Assembly (NCBI GenBank): GCA_964489495.1
Contig: CAZAZA010000003.1
Span: 1,660 to 65,659 of the forward strand
Length of the DNA stretch: 64,000 nt
Direction: 5' to 3'
DNA from: an uncultured Bacteroides sp.
Lineage (GTDB): Bacteria; Bacteroidota; Bacteroidia; Bacteroidales; Muribaculaceae
Positions 20,360 to 30,602 of this stretch are shown here, piece by piece. A program made the position numbers and the translations under genes. The notes below the pieces were generated by a model. That model was given only the letters and a program-made list of their open reading frames with translations, searched no databases and was not told the origin of the DNA. Position 1 is the first letter of the stretch; each line of letters begins with the position of its first letter.

Positions 20360-21767
20360 AAGGCGCTATTATTTGAGGGAGAGTGTTGCATATGTCGCCG
20401 GCACCGACAGTTAAGAGTACGTCGAAACCTTCCTTGTGAAGTACGTCAGCCAGTTCCTCTTTTTTCACCATTCGTTTCGACGGGCATGTTATGCTGTCGA
20501 ATATTATTTGCGAAGTCACTCCGGGTATCGGTAATTCGCGGGCAGGGTAAATGTCGAGAAGAAGCACCTCGTCGGCAAGCGAGAGAGCTTCTGCAAACTG
20601 AGGGGCAAAATCGCGTGTGCGGCTGTAGAGATGAGGCTGGAACGCTACAGTGAGACGATGGTTCGGGAACAGGGCACGAACCGACTTTACCGAGGCTTTG
20701 AGCTCGTCGGGATGATGGGCGTAATCGTCGATCACATAACGGCTGTTCAGCGTGTCGCGGAGGTGGAACTCAAAGCGGCGTTTGGCACCCTGGAACGTAC
20801 GCATTGCCTCACGGGCAACATCCTCGTCGAGTAGACCGACGCTGTCGAGGGCGGCCAGGGCAGCCACTGCATTGTCGATATTGATTTCGACAGGTACGCC
20901 AAGTTCGATGTCGGAGACGGTGCGGTCGGGCGTCACAAGGTCAAATATGATGCGTCCCTCGCCACGGCGTATGTTTGCCGCATGCCAGTCGCCGCTGTCC
21001 CGGCCGTAGGTCTTGACTTCGACACCTTCGGCCGGTGCGGGTTTCAGTTTTAGACCGGTATGCACGATTATCTTGCCTCCCGGACGGACGAGCGTGGTAA
21101 AGTGCCTGAAACTCTCAAGGTAAGCCTCCTCGGTCCCGTATATGTCGAGATGATCGGGATCGGTTGCCGTTATGACGGCTACAAAAGGGCGTAGGTGATG
21201 GAATGAGCGGTCGTATTCGTCAGCCTCAACCACGCTGTAAGGCGAATCCTGGCTGAGCAGCATGTTGCTGCCATAGTTGCGAAGCACTCCTCCAAGAAAA
21301 GCATTGCAGCCGATTGGTCCGCTTTGAAGTATGTGGGCGGCCATTGACGAGGTAGTAGTCTTGCCGTGTGTCCCGGCAAAACATAAGCTTTTGCTCTCAT
21401 GTGTAACCAATCCGAGCAGCTGCGAGCGCTTTACAATCACAAAACCACGGTCGCGGAAATAAGCCGGTAAAGGATTGTCGGCACCTATAGCGGGAGTGAT
21501 GACCACGAGTGTGCGTCGTGGGTCGGCAAAGCGGCCCGGTATCAATGTCGGATCGGCATCGAATATAATGTCGGCTCCTTCGGCTTGAAGTGCGGCTGTC
21601 AGGTCGGAGGCCGTGCGGTCGTAGCCGCCGACGGTCATACCTTTAGACATATAGTAGCGTTCGAGAGCGGCCATACCTATGCCTCCGGCTCCGATAAAGA
21701 ACAGGGAGTCGAATTTGTCGGGCAGATCGGCCGGCGTTACGACAGTATGTGTGAGATCGCGTGTCAT
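20331..21767 (-). CDS. murC: UDP-N-acetylmuramate--L-alanine ligase
   Basis: 478 aa. FFIGAGGIGMAALE and GTHGKTTTSSM Mur-ligase motifs. Position in the dcw cluster. Confidence 0.95.
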   Translation of the reverse strand: MTRDLTHTVVTPADLPDKFDSLFFIGAGGIGMAALERYYMSKGMTVGGYDRTASDLTAALQAEGADIIFDADPTLIPGRFADPRRTLVVITPAIGADNPLPAYFRDRGFVIVKRSQLLGLVTHESKSLCFAGTHGKTTTSSMAAHILQSGPIGCNAFLGGVLRNYGSNMLLSQDSPYSVVEADEYDRSFHHLRPFVAVITATDPDHLDIYGTEEAYLESFRHFTTLVRPGGKIIVHTGLKLKPAPAEGVEVKTYGRDSGDWHAANIRRGEGRIIFDLVTPDRTVSDIELGVPVEINIDNAVAALAALDSVGLLDEDVAREAMRTFQGAKRRFEFHLRDTLNSRYVIDDYAHHPDELKASVKSVRALFPNHRLTVAFQPHLYSRTRDFAPQFAEALSLADEVLLLDIYPARELPIPGVTSQIIFDSITCPSKRMVKKEELADVLHKEGFDVLLTVGAGDICNTLPQIIAPYANAVHTDA

Positions 21768-22882
21768 TTTTCTGATTGGTTTTGTGATGAAACGATGCTG
21801 TCGATACAGTCGACAATTTTTGTGTCGCTGTCGCGTAGACCCATTTCGCCGGCGGCACGAGCCATGTTTTCGCGCTTTAACGGGTCACTGAGCAGACCGG
21901 CAACGAGCGGCCCGAGACGGTCTGCTGCTTCGGCATCGGGCAGCAATTCGGCCGCTCCGCGCTGTGCCAGAGCGTTTGCATTATGGAACTGGTGATTTTC
22001 GGCTACGTTGGGAGACGGTATCAGTATTGCCGGAACTCGGAGCAGCTGCAGTTCGGAAATGGTTGCGGCACCGGCTCGGCACACCATCAGGTCTGCGGCA
22101 CGATAGACAAGGTCCATGTCGGAAATAAAGGGCATTGTCCTGACATTTTCACGTCCGGCAGCCTTTGGAGCGTATTCGTCGTAATATATTTTTCCGGTTT
22201 GCCATAGCAGCGAGGCTCCGGCATCGGATATATGGTCAAGTGCGGCGGCAACGCTCCGGTTAACGGTCAGGGCACCGAGGCTTCCGCCGACCACTGCCAC
22301 GAGCGGTTTTTCCGGGTCGAATCCCAAGGCTTTTTTAGCCTCTTCGCGGTTCATGCGGTTTTCAAGCAGGTTGGCCCGGACGGGATTGCCGGTGAGAATG
22401 ATTTTGTCGGAGGGAAAAAACCGATCCATACCTTCATAAGCCACGCAAACGGCTTTTGCTTTCGAGCCCAGAAGTCTGTTTGTTACGCCGGCATATGAAT
22501 TTTGTTCCTGAAGCAATGTGGGTATGCCGCGCTTTTGGGCTTCCTTGAGCACCGGACCGCTCGCATATCCGCCTACTCCGACTGCTATGTCCGGACGGAA
22601 GTCGTCGAGCACTTTGCGGGCTCTGCGCATGCTCACCCACAGGCGGTATAATACCGGGATGTTTCGCCACAGACGCTTGCGGTCGAATCCGGCGACAGGG
22701 AGTCCGACAATTTCATATCCGGCAGCCGGTACGCGTTCCATTTCCATGCGTCCTTCGGCTCCTACAAAAAGTATTTTGGCATCGGGATGTCTGCGCCGCA
22801 CGGCATTGGCTATCGACAGTGCCGGGAAAATGTGTCCGCCGGTACCTCCGCCGCTGATCAGTATTTTTAAAGGTCGGTTCAT
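21764..22882 (-). CDS. murG: UDP-N-acetylglucosamine--N-acetylmuramyl-(pentapeptide) pyrophosphoryl-undecaprenol N-acetylglucosamine transferase
   Basis: The ORF extends to 22951. The ATG at 22882 (MNRPLKILISGGGTGGHIFPAL..) starts 10 nt after the ftsW stop and gives the canonical N-terminus. Confidence 0.93.
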   Translation of the reverse strand: MNRPLKILISGGGTGGHIFPALSIANAVRRRHPDAKILFVGAEGRMEMERVPAAGYEIVGLPVAGFDRKRLWRNIPVLYRLWVSMRRARKVLDDFRPDIAVGVGGYASGPVLKEAQKRGIPTLLQEQNSYAGVTNRLLGSKAKAVCVAYEGMDRFFPSDKIILTGNPVRANLLENRMNREEAKKALGFDPEKPLVAVVGGSLGALTVNRSVAAALDHISDAGASLLWQTGKIYYDEYAPKAAGRENVRTMPFISDMDLVYRAADLMVCRAGAATISELQLLRVPAILIPSPNVAENHQFHNANALAQRGAAELLPDAEAADRLGPLVAGLLSDPLKRENMARAAGEMGLRDSDTKIVDCIDSIVSSQNQSEK

Positions 22883-22892
22883 TTCGTCAGGA

Positions 22893-24302
22893 TTATAGCT
22901 GTGTGGGGTTGTCGGAACGGAAACTTTCGGGTACGGAGGCTGTTTCGGCATTGGAGTCCTGTTTGTGGCCTGTGCGCACGCCGAAGCGGCTCACGCTGAG
23001 CATCACTCCGAATGCAGCCGAAGTCACGAGGATCGATGTGCCGCCTTTCGAAATCAGAGGCAACGGTTGGCCTGACACAGGGAACAGGCCGGTGACGATA
23101 GCCATGTGGAAAAGTGCCTGAAGCACTATCATTACCGCCATACCTATGCACAACAGAGCCGCGAAACGCTGGTTGCAGCGGGATGCTATGCTGCTGGCGC
23201 GTGCCAGAAGCCATAAATAGAGAACAAGAAGCACGAGTCCTCCTATCAGTCCCCATTCCTCGACAATGATTGAGAATATATAGTCGGAAAATGCCAGCGG
23301 CAGACGTGCTGTCTCGCGTGAATTGCCCGGTTTGACACCGTCGAGTCCGCCGTGAGCCTGGGCCATGTATCCGTACATTTCCTGACGGTTGAGGTCGTTG
23401 ATGGGCTGTTTGTACTTGGGTATATTGTCGTCATTGCTATGGCGTTTGATTCGGGCCATCCATGTTTCGAGACGTCCGAGTATTCCGCTTTCCACCTTTT
23501 TGTCGTTGACAGGCCGGTCCTTGTCGATCTCGGCGAACATCTGCCGTTCCTCGGCCGACACCTGCCTCTCGGCCACTACCTTTTTGTCGTTCGGCCATAC
23601 CGTGCTGATGGCAATTGTTACTCCGAACAGCACGGTTGCCGCCACGATAAACACTCCGAGCACCTTGCCGAGGTGCGTCCATTTCACTCCGCCAATGATG
23701 AGCATCGCCATGGATATTCCCATCAGCAGTATGGTGTTGGTCAGACCCTGGGTTATGAGCATGACGCCGAACAACAGGGTTGCCCCTGTTGCCACCCATA
23801 CTCCTATCATCCTGACTCGTTCGGTTTTGTTTTTTGAATGTGTGTAGGCCATGATCAGGGCTATGACCATGGCCGCCGAGAGTTTGATAAGTTCCGACGG
23901 GTATAAGGTAAACACCATCAGGTCGAGACACCGTCGCGCACCGTTGACTTCCTTGCCGAACAAGAGCACGCAGACCATCATGATAAGACTGATGACGGCT
24001 ATCCCCGGACCCCAGATTATGAAATTGATATAGCTGCGTCGCTGTATGAACATGAGCAGTCCGAAGCCGAGCAGCAGCTGTGCGCCGTGGCGCATGATGG
24101 GTCCGTAGACACCGAAGTTGCTGTCGGCACGTATCTCCTGCGATGACGCGCTGTACAGCTCCACGAGCGAAATCAGGCACAGGGCGAAGTATATGCCCCA
24201 TATAGTGCGGTCGCCCTTGAGGGGGGGAGCGACTTTGGCCGTCTGTGTTGTATCAGACACCATTATCCCCGGGGATGCGGAAAGTTCGGTAATGGCTTCC
24301 AT
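22893..24302 (-). CDS. ftsW: SEDS-family peptidoglycan glycosyltransferase FtsW
   Basis: 469 aa polytopic membrane protein with a C-terminal ..SGQPLPLISKGGTSIL.. SEDS motif. Sits between murD and murG. Confidence 0.9.
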   Translation of the reverse strand: MEAITELSASPGIMVSDTTQTAKVAPPLKGDRTIWGIYFALCLISLVELYSASSQEIRADSNFGVYGPIMRHGAQLLLGFGLLMFIQRRSYINFIIWGPGIAVISLIMMVCVLLFGKEVNGARRCLDLMVFTLYPSELIKLSAAMVIALIMAYTHSKNKTERVRMIGVWVATGATLLFGVMLITQGLTNTILLMGISMAMLIIGGVKWTHLGKVLGVFIVAATVLFGVTIAISTVWPNDKKVVAERQVSAEERQMFAEIDKDRPVNDKKVESGILGRLETWMARIKRHSNDDNIPKYKQPINDLNRQEMYGYMAQAHGGLDGVKPGNSRETARLPLAFSDYIFSIIVEEWGLIGGLVLLVLYLWLLARASSIASRCNQRFAALLCIGMAVMIVLQALFHMAIVTGLFPVSGQPLPLISKGGTSILVTSAAFGVMLSVSRFGVRTGHKQDSNAETASVPESFRSDNPTQL

Positions 24303-24334
24303 TATTTATGAGAGAGTATCGGTATGGGTTTGCT

Positions 24335-25723
24335 TTATTTCAGGTTGCGGACCGCTTCCTTGAAGCGGTCGCCACGGTCTTCATAACTCTTGAACAGGTC
24401 GAAGCTTGCGCAACACGGCGACAGAAGCACCGTGTCACCGTCAGTGGCTATGCTGCGGCATGCTGCCACAGCCTCTTCGAGCGAATGGGTGTCGCGTATT
24501 TCGGCCACTTTCCCGTTAAAGAAATCGAGTATTTTGGCATTGTCCTTACCCATGCACACGATAGCTTTCACCTTTTCGCGCACAAGAGGTTCGATTTCGG
24601 AGTAGTCGTTTCCTTTGTCTTTGCCGCCGAGTATGAGCACTACGCCTGATGAAGGCATGCTTTCGAGCGCATACCAGCAGGAATTGACATTTGTGGCTTT
24701 GGAGTCGTTGATCCACCGCACCCCGTTGACTGTGGCCACATATTCGAGTCGGTGCTCCACACCGGCGAAGTCACTCAGGGCTCCGCGTATCACATCCTTG
24801 CGTATGTCGAGCAGCGATGCCGACAGAGCGGCAGCCAGTGAGTTGTAAAGGTTGTGCAGCCCGCTGAGCGACAGTTCGGCCCGTGCCAGCTCGATGTGTC
24901 GGCCGGGGGTGTTGATTATAATCTCGCTGTCGTCATCGGTCACATATGCTGCCGTGTGTGAATCGTCGTGGTGGAGTGCAAAGGGAAACTGGCGTGCCTC
25001 CACCGCCGCACGCCGAAGCTGCTGCTGTATGACGGGGTCATCCTGCCAGTAAATGAATGCATCCTCGGGTGTCTGGTTACGGATGATGCGGAACTTGGCG
25101 TTGATATAGTTCTGCATGTCGAAATCGTAGCGGTCGAGGTGGTCGGGAGTGATGTTGAGCAGCACCGCTATATTGGCCTTGAACTCATACATGTTTTCAA
25201 GCTGGAAGCTTGAAAGTTCTATCACATACACGTCATGGTCTTCGCGGGCTACCTGGGCGGCAAGGCTGCGTCCGACGTTTCCGGCCAGACCCACGTTGAG
25301 GCCGGCGTTGGTGAGTATGTGGTAAGTGAGCATAGTGGTGGTAGTCTTGCCGTTGCTGCCGGTGATGCACACCATCTTTGCGTCGGTATATCGTCCTGCA
25401 AACTCTATTTCGGAAATCACCGGTATTCCTTTGGCAAGAATAGCCTTCACTATTGGAGCCGTGGGGGGGATGCCGGGGCTTTTCACCACTTCGGTGGCTT
25501 GCAGAATGCGTTCTTCGGAATGTCTGCCCTGTTCCCATTCGATGCCTTCGCTGTCGAGCACCTTGCGGAATCGCTCTGCAATAGTGCCGCTGTCGGATAG
25601 AAACACCTGCATGCCGAGGTCCTTGGCGAGGATGGCGGCTCCAACGCCGCTCTCACCGCCCCCCAGCACTACTATGCGGGTATTGGCCGCTTGTTCAGGA
25701 TCTATTTTGAATTTTTCTGTCAT
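24335..25723 (-). CDS. murD: UDP-N-acetylmuramoylalanine--D-glutamate ligase
   Basis: 462 aa. VVLGGGESGVGAA and ITGSNGKTTTT motifs. Position in the dcw cluster. Confidence 0.95.
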   Translation of the reverse strand: MTEKFKIDPEQAANTRIVVLGGGESGVGAAILAKDLGMQVFLSDSGTIAERFRKVLDSEGIEWEQGRHSEERILQATEVVKSPGIPPTAPIVKAILAKGIPVISEIEFAGRYTDAKMVCITGSNGKTTTTMLTYHILTNAGLNVGLAGNVGRSLAAQVAREDHDVYVIELSSFQLENMYEFKANIAVLLNITPDHLDRYDFDMQNYINAKFRIIRNQTPEDAFIYWQDDPVIQQQLRRAAVEARQFPFALHHDDSHTAAYVTDDDSEIIINTPGRHIELARAELSLSGLHNLYNSLAAALSASLLDIRKDVIRGALSDFAGVEHRLEYVATVNGVRWINDSKATNVNSCWYALESMPSSGVVLILGGKDKGNDYSEIEPLVREKVKAIVCMGKDNAKILDFFNGKVAEIRDTHSLEEAVAACRSIATDGDTVLLSPCCASFDLFKSYEDRGDRFKEAVRNLK

Positions 25724-25745
25724 AGTTGTTCTTTACAGGGTGTGA

Positions 25746-26993
25746 TTATCTGATTTTCAATGTAACGAATGTCAGTACGGCCAGAAACACGGCTACAATC
25801 CAGAACCGCGTGACTATTTTTGATTCCGGAATCACGTTACGGGGTCTTTGTATCAGAGAGCGTATCGATCCGTCGCCGGGTTTGCGGAAGTGGTCGTGTA
25901 TGGGGGTGCATTTAAAGACGCGTCCTCCGTGGCTGTATTTGAAATAGCGTGTCTGTATGATGACGCTCAGCGCCTCCACGAAGAATATGCCGCAGAGCAG
26001 TGGCAGCAACAGCTCCTTGCGTATCAGCAGCGAGAACACCGCTATGATGCCGCCGATGGTCAGCGAGCCTGTATCGCCCATGAATACCTGGGCCGGCGCG
26101 GCGTTATACCACAGAAACCCGATCAGCGCACCTATAAACGCTGCCGAGAACACGACGAGTTCCTCGCTGCCCGGTATATACATTATATTAAGATATGAGG
26201 AGTAGATGACGTTGGCCCCGAGATAAGCCATAATGGCGAGGGCCACCCCTATGACAGCCGACACGCCGGTGCAGAGGCCGTCCATGCCGTCGTTGAGGTT
26301 TGCGCCGTTTGAGGTGCCGCTTATCACCAGTATGCAGACTATGCCGAAAAGCACCCATCCCAGAGGCTGGGCGGCTTTGCCTGCCCATGACGTGAGCCAC
26401 GCATAGTTGAAATTGTGGTTCTTTATGAAAGGCAGTGTTGTTTCCGGACTTTTGACTTCCTCTTTTGAATAGGTGATTACCTCTTCCTTGCCCGGGATGT
26501 TGACTATTTCGTTGTTCTGGCGTATGACTATGTCATTGCTGCCGTACATGGTTATTCCCACCACAATGCCGAGTATCACCTGGCCGAGTATCTTATAGCG
26601 TCCCGACAGGCCGTCTTTGTTGCGGTATTTGATCTTGAGCCAGTCGTCGGTGAAGCCTATGAGTCCGAGCCAGAGTGTGGTGACGAGCATCAGAACCATG
26701 TACACATTATCGAGCCGGCTGACAAGCAGACACGGTATGACGATGGCTATGATGATGATGATTCCGCCCATTGTGGGGGTGCCTTTCTTTGATTTTTCTC
26801 CTTCGAACCCCATGTCGCGGACAATCTCGCCTATCTGGTGGCGGCGCAGCGCCTCGATGATGCGGTGGCCGATGAATGTGGCTATGAAGAGCGACAGCAC
26901 GAGGGCGCATGCCGACCTGACGGTGACGTAGGTCAGCAGACGTGCGCCGGGCACGCCGAACTGATTGAGATATTCCGATAGATAATATAGCAT
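25746..26993 (-). CDS. mraY: Phospho-N-acetylmuramoyl-pentapeptide transferase
   Basis: 415 aa. KKGTPTMGGIIII, TNGANLNDGMDGL and FMGDTGSL motifs. Confidence 0.96.
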   Translation of the reverse strand: MLYYLSEYLNQFGVPGARLLTYVTVRSACALVLSLFIATFIGHRIIEALRRHQIGEIVRDMGFEGEKSKKGTPTMGGIIIIIAIVIPCLLVSRLDNVYMVLMLVTTLWLGLIGFTDDWLKIKYRNKDGLSGRYKILGQVILGIVVGITMYGSNDIVIRQNNEIVNIPGKEEVITYSKEEVKSPETTLPFIKNHNFNYAWLTSWAGKAAQPLGWVLFGIVCILVISGTSNGANLNDGMDGLCTGVSAVIGVALAIMAYLGANVIYSSYLNIMYIPGSEELVVFSAAFIGALIGFLWYNAAPAQVFMGDTGSLTIGGIIAVFSLLIRKELLLPLLCGIFFVEALSVIIQTRYFKYSHGGRVFKCTPIHDHFRKPGDGSIRSLIQRPRNVIPESKIVTRFWIVAVFLAVLTFVTLKIR

Positions 26994-27009
26994 ATCTTAA
27001 ATCGTTTGA

Positions 27010-28467
27010 CTACTGTTTCAGACATTCCATCACCACCTCGCGGTCGTCGAAATGGTGCTTGACACCGGCTATTTCCTGATAGTCTTCGTGGCCTTTGCCT
27101 GCGACAAGCACCACGTCGCCCCGTGAGGCCAGTGCTATGGCTGTGCGTATCGCCTCGCGGCGGTCGGTTATGAAGAGGGTGGTTGCAGCCTGCTCAGGTG
27201 TCAGGCCTGCTTTCATGTCCTCGATAATGGCCTGCGGGTCTTCGTCGCGGGGATTGTCGGATGTGAGTATAAGCCGGTCGCTGCGCATGGCCGCGTCACG
27301 GGCCATTATGGGGCGTTTACCGTGGTCGCGGTTGCCTCCCGCGCCTACAACGGTTATGATATGCCCTTCCGACCCCATCACTTCGCGTATGGCCGTGAGC
27401 ACGTTGACTACGGCATCGGGTGTGTGGGCGTAGTCGACCACGGCGGTCACGCCGCGCTCGGGCGAGCGGAAGGTCTGGAAGCGTCCGGCCACCGGTACCA
27501 GGCGGCTCATATCTACAAGTATTTCCGCCGGATCCCATCCGAGCAGGCACGATACCCCGTAGACGGCGGTGAGGTTGTAGGCATTGTAACGGCCTGTGAA
27601 CATCACTTCCACTTCCTGTCCGTTGAGTTGGAGAAGTGTGCCGTCGAGACGGCTTTCCACCACTTTGCAGCGGAAGTCCGCGTAGTCGCGCAGGGAGTAG
27701 TAGAACCGACGGGCGTGGGTGTTCTGCAGCATTACCTCGCCCACCTTGTCATCACGGTTGCTGAGGGCAAAGGCGCTTTCGGGCAGATTGTCGAAAAATG
27801 ATTTCTTGGCCTGGAGGTAGGCTTCGACCGTGCGGTGGTAGTCGAGGTGGTCGCGGGTGAGGTTGGTGAACACTCCGCCGGTGAAATGCAGTCCGGCTAT
27901 GCGGTGCTGGTGAGCGGCATGCGAGCTTACCTCCATGGCGGCATACGAGCAGCCTGCTGCCACCATACGTGCAAGCAGGGCGTTGATGGTCAGCGGGTCG
28001 GGTGTTGTCTGGGTTGTGGGCACCGCCTCGTTGTCGATATAGTTGCAAACGGTCGACAGCAGACCTGCCTTGTAGCCGCGCAGACGAGCCATCTCATAGA
28101 TGAGGGTGGCCGTGGTGGTCTTGCCGTTGGTGCCTGTCACGCCCACGAGCTTGAGTTTGCGCGACGGGTTGTCCCACCACTGTGAGGCAAGGAATCCGAG
28201 GGCTACGGCTGAGTTTTCCACTTTAATATATGTAACCGTTGAATCGAGGCGTTCGGGAAGTTCCTCGCACACTATGGCTGCGGCTCCCGCAAGTGTCACA
28301 AGCGGTATGAACTTGTGGGCGTCGACCGAGACTCCGCGCACAGCCACGAAGAGCGCGCCCGGCGTTATACGCCTTGAGTCGCATTCCACGGCTGTGATGT
28401 CGCGTTCGCGTTCGCCGATTATCTCTTTGACCTGGATGGCCGCGAGTAGGTGGGTTAGTTTTTTCAT
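27010..28467 (-). CDS. murE: UDP-N-acetylmuramoyl-L-alanyl-D-glutamate--2,6-diaminopimelate ligase
   Basis: 485 aa. VTGTNGKTTTATLI and DNPR motif (LTSDNPRDEDP). Position in the dcw cluster. Confidence 0.94.
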   Translation of the reverse strand: MKKLTHLLAAIQVKEIIGERERDITAVECDSRRITPGALFVAVRGVSVDAHKFIPLVTLAGAAAIVCEELPERLDSTVTYIKVENSAVALGFLASQWWDNPSRKLKLVGVTGTNGKTTTATLIYEMARLRGYKAGLLSTVCNYIDNEAVPTTQTTPDPLTINALLARMVAAGCSYAAMEVSSHAAHQHRIAGLHFTGGVFTNLTRDHLDYHRTVEAYLQAKKSFFDNLPESAFALSNRDDKVGEVMLQNTHARRFYYSLRDYADFRCKVVESRLDGTLLQLNGQEVEVMFTGRYNAYNLTAVYGVSCLLGWDPAEILVDMSRLVPVAGRFQTFRSPERGVTAVVDYAHTPDAVVNVLTAIREVMGSEGHIITVVGAGGNRDHGKRPIMARDAAMRSDRLILTSDNPRDEDPQAIIEDMKAGLTPEQAATTLFITDRREAIRTAIALASRGDVVLVAGKGHEDYQEIAGVKHHFDDREVVMECLKQ

Positions 28468-28505
28468 ATATAGAGTAGTTTTCTTTAATCGTTACTTTAA
28501 TTATT

Positions 28506-30602
28506 TCAATGTGAGAGATGCAGAGTTACTGACGTGCCGGCTCTGGCGTGGGTGCCCGGCGCGGGGGATTGCGTGCTGACATATCCCGAACCGGAGAAGT
28601 CGATGTTGTATCCGGCACTTTCAAGCAGGTCTATTGCCTCGCGTATGTCGAGTCCCGAGACATCGGGAACACCCGACTGCGTGGCCTGTGGCTGGCGGAT
28701 GTGGCGTGGGGCAACCGTCACACCGAGTTGTTCGCGCAGCCGGTTGTTGCGTCCCTCGCGGGTCGAGGCATAGAATACGGGCGACTGGGGCAGGCTGAGG
28801 GCGTGCTCGTCGTGTGCGCGGTAGTCGGGCGTGTTGTCGAGGAGTCCGCGTGCGTCGAAGCTTTCAGCAATGTTTTTGAACACCTGGCCGCTTGTCGACG
28901 GCGCTCCGAACGCATTCTGTGTGGGATGGCTGACAATCACTATGCACGAATACTTAGGCTTGTCGTACGGGAAGAATCCGCAGAATGCCAGACGTTTGTT
29001 GTCGCTATATCCTTGTTTTGGCACGTAAATGCGGGCTGTGCCCGTCTTGCCGGCTATTTTCACACGGCTGTTGCGCAGCGATTTGGCAGTGCCTCCCTTG
29101 GTGTACACCACGTCATGAAGCATCTTGCGCAGTATGGCCGCGTTGGCCGGCGAGCATACCGACTCCCGCACGCATGTCACGGGGAAAACCGTATCGCCCA
29201 ACTCGCCGTGGAGCTCCCGCACGAGGCGTGGCTTTACAAAACGTCCGTCGTTGGCAACGGCGTTATACAGGGCGAGTGTGTAGATAGGCGGTATGGCCGT
29301 GCCGTAGCCGTAAGCCTGGCTGGCAAGCATCAGCCTCTTCTCATGCAGTTTGCCGCGCATCGGATACATGACGGCGCATCCTTCGCGTTCAAATCCTATG
29401 TTGAACCGGTCGAGGAATCCCGTGCGGCGTACCGCTGTCTGGAAAGCGTCGGGATCGTCGCCGTATCCGTCGAATATAATGCGGCTGATGCCGATGTTTG
29501 ATGACTCGGGAATTACCTGCGACACGCGCTTGGTCGCGCTCTTGTGGCTGTCCTGCACGGTGAACCCCTTGCCGAGCGACGCGGTCTGCACGATGGCCGA
29601 CGTGTCGCGCACCACACCGTTTTCAAGAGCCACAAGCATCGACAGCAACTTTACCACCGAGCCCGGTTCGTAGGGTAGCACGGCGTGGTTCTGCGACTGG
29701 ACTATGTGTCCCAGCGTGTCGATCTCGATATTCGTTATGGCCTTTATGTCGCCGGTGGCCACTTCCATCACCACGCACGAGGCCCATTCGGGACGGCAGT
29801 GTTCCACCATTCTTGTGAGCTGGTGTTCGACTATATCCTGCATGGCTATGTCGATGGTTGTTGTCACGTCGTAGCCGCGTTTGGGAGGTACGTTCACCCA
29901 GTTGGTTATGCCCCGGTTCAGAGCTTCGCGGCGTGCGTAGCCGGGGCGTCCGTAGAGCAGCGAGTCGAGGGTGCGTTCCAGTCCGCTGCGGCCTATGCGG
30001 CGGCGGTCTTTGTCTGTTTGTCCGACGGTGCCTATGCTCTTGCGGGCCATGTCGCCGTAAGGCTTGAAACGGATGAGGCGTTCTTCGAGTTTCCATCCGG
30101 TCTTGTCGGAGTTGTGAATCTTGAAGAAGGGCCATTCGCGTATGCGCTGCGACTGGTAGTACGTGATATTTGTGAGTATCGGGTAGTTGCGGCGGTAGAC
30201 GCTCGACGGGCCTTTAATCAGGTGTTTGCGCCACTGTGCGCGGGTGCGGTGCGGGAAATACGTGGCCAGCGAGTCGCTCAGGCTGTCGATGGCGAGCATG
30301 TAGCGTTCGCGTGCGAACCGCTGCACCTCGTAGTCGATGCGTAGGTTGTATTTGAGCATGTTGGTGGCTATGATTGTGCCGTCGCATGCCAGCAGGTCGC
30401 CTCGGTCGGGCGCTATGGTGTCGACCACGGCCATCATCGAGTCGGCTCTGTGGTTCCAGTGCTGGGCCATTACCACTGTATTGTCGACGAGTTTCCATGA
30501 TATGCCTCCCGCGAGCGCGAGAATGCACGCGATAATAACGGCGTAGCGCAGCAGAATCTCTTTGCGGCCGCCTGATTTTTTGTCTCTTCTGTTTCCGGCC
30601 AT
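28506..30602 (-). CDS. ftsI: Class B penicillin-binding protein (divisome transpeptidase FtsI/PBP3) with C-terminal PASTA domain
   Basis: 698 aa. N-terminal TM helix. Transpeptidase motifs (..PGSVVKLLSM.. SxxK, ..KIAGKTGTA.. KTG). C-terminal VPDVSGLDIREAIDLLESAGYNIDFSGSGYVSTQSPAPG is PASTA-like. The ATG lies 2 nt after the upstream stop (TGAccATG). Confidence 0.92.
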   Translation of the reverse strand: MAGNRRDKKSGGRKEILLRYAVIIACILALAGGISWKLVDNTVVMAQHWNHRADSMMAVVDTIAPDRGDLLACDGTIIATNMLKYNLRIDYEVQRFARERYMLAIDSLSDSLATYFPHRTRAQWRKHLIKGPSSVYRRNYPILTNITYYQSQRIREWPFFKIHNSDKTGWKLEERLIRFKPYGDMARKSIGTVGQTDKDRRRIGRSGLERTLDSLLYGRPGYARREALNRGITNWVNVPPKRGYDVTTTIDIAMQDIVEHQLTRMVEHCRPEWASCVVMEVATGDIKAITNIEIDTLGHIVQSQNHAVLPYEPGSVVKLLSMLVALENGVVRDTSAIVQTASLGKGFTVQDSHKSATKRVSQVIPESSNIGISRIIFDGYGDDPDAFQTAVRRTGFLDRFNIGFEREGCAVMYPMRGKLHEKRLMLASQAYGYGTAIPPIYTLALYNAVANDGRFVKPRLVRELHGELGDTVFPVTCVRESVCSPANAAILRKMLHDVVYTKGGTAKSLRNSRVKIAGKTGTARIYVPKQGYSDNKRLAFCGFFPYDKPKYSCIVIVSHPTQNAFGAPSTSGQVFKNIAESFDARGLLDNTPDYRAHDEHALSLPQSPVFYASTREGRNNRLREQLGVTVAPRHIRQPQATQSGVPDVSGLDIREAIDLLESAGYNIDFSGSGYVSTQSPAPGTHARAGTSVTLHLSH

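Noticed and set aside
22883-22951. Extended murG start at 22951, overlapping the ftsW 3' end by 59 bp. Similar extended ORF starts exist for the PfkB kinase (44956), the MFS permease (46152), panB (46158, TTG), the DUF2723 gene (36503, TTG) and higA (57749).
   Set aside because: In every case an internal ATG a few nucleotides after the upstream stop, or after a -7 box, gives the family-typical N-terminus. The ORF track opens at the first possible start codon, including TTG and GTG.
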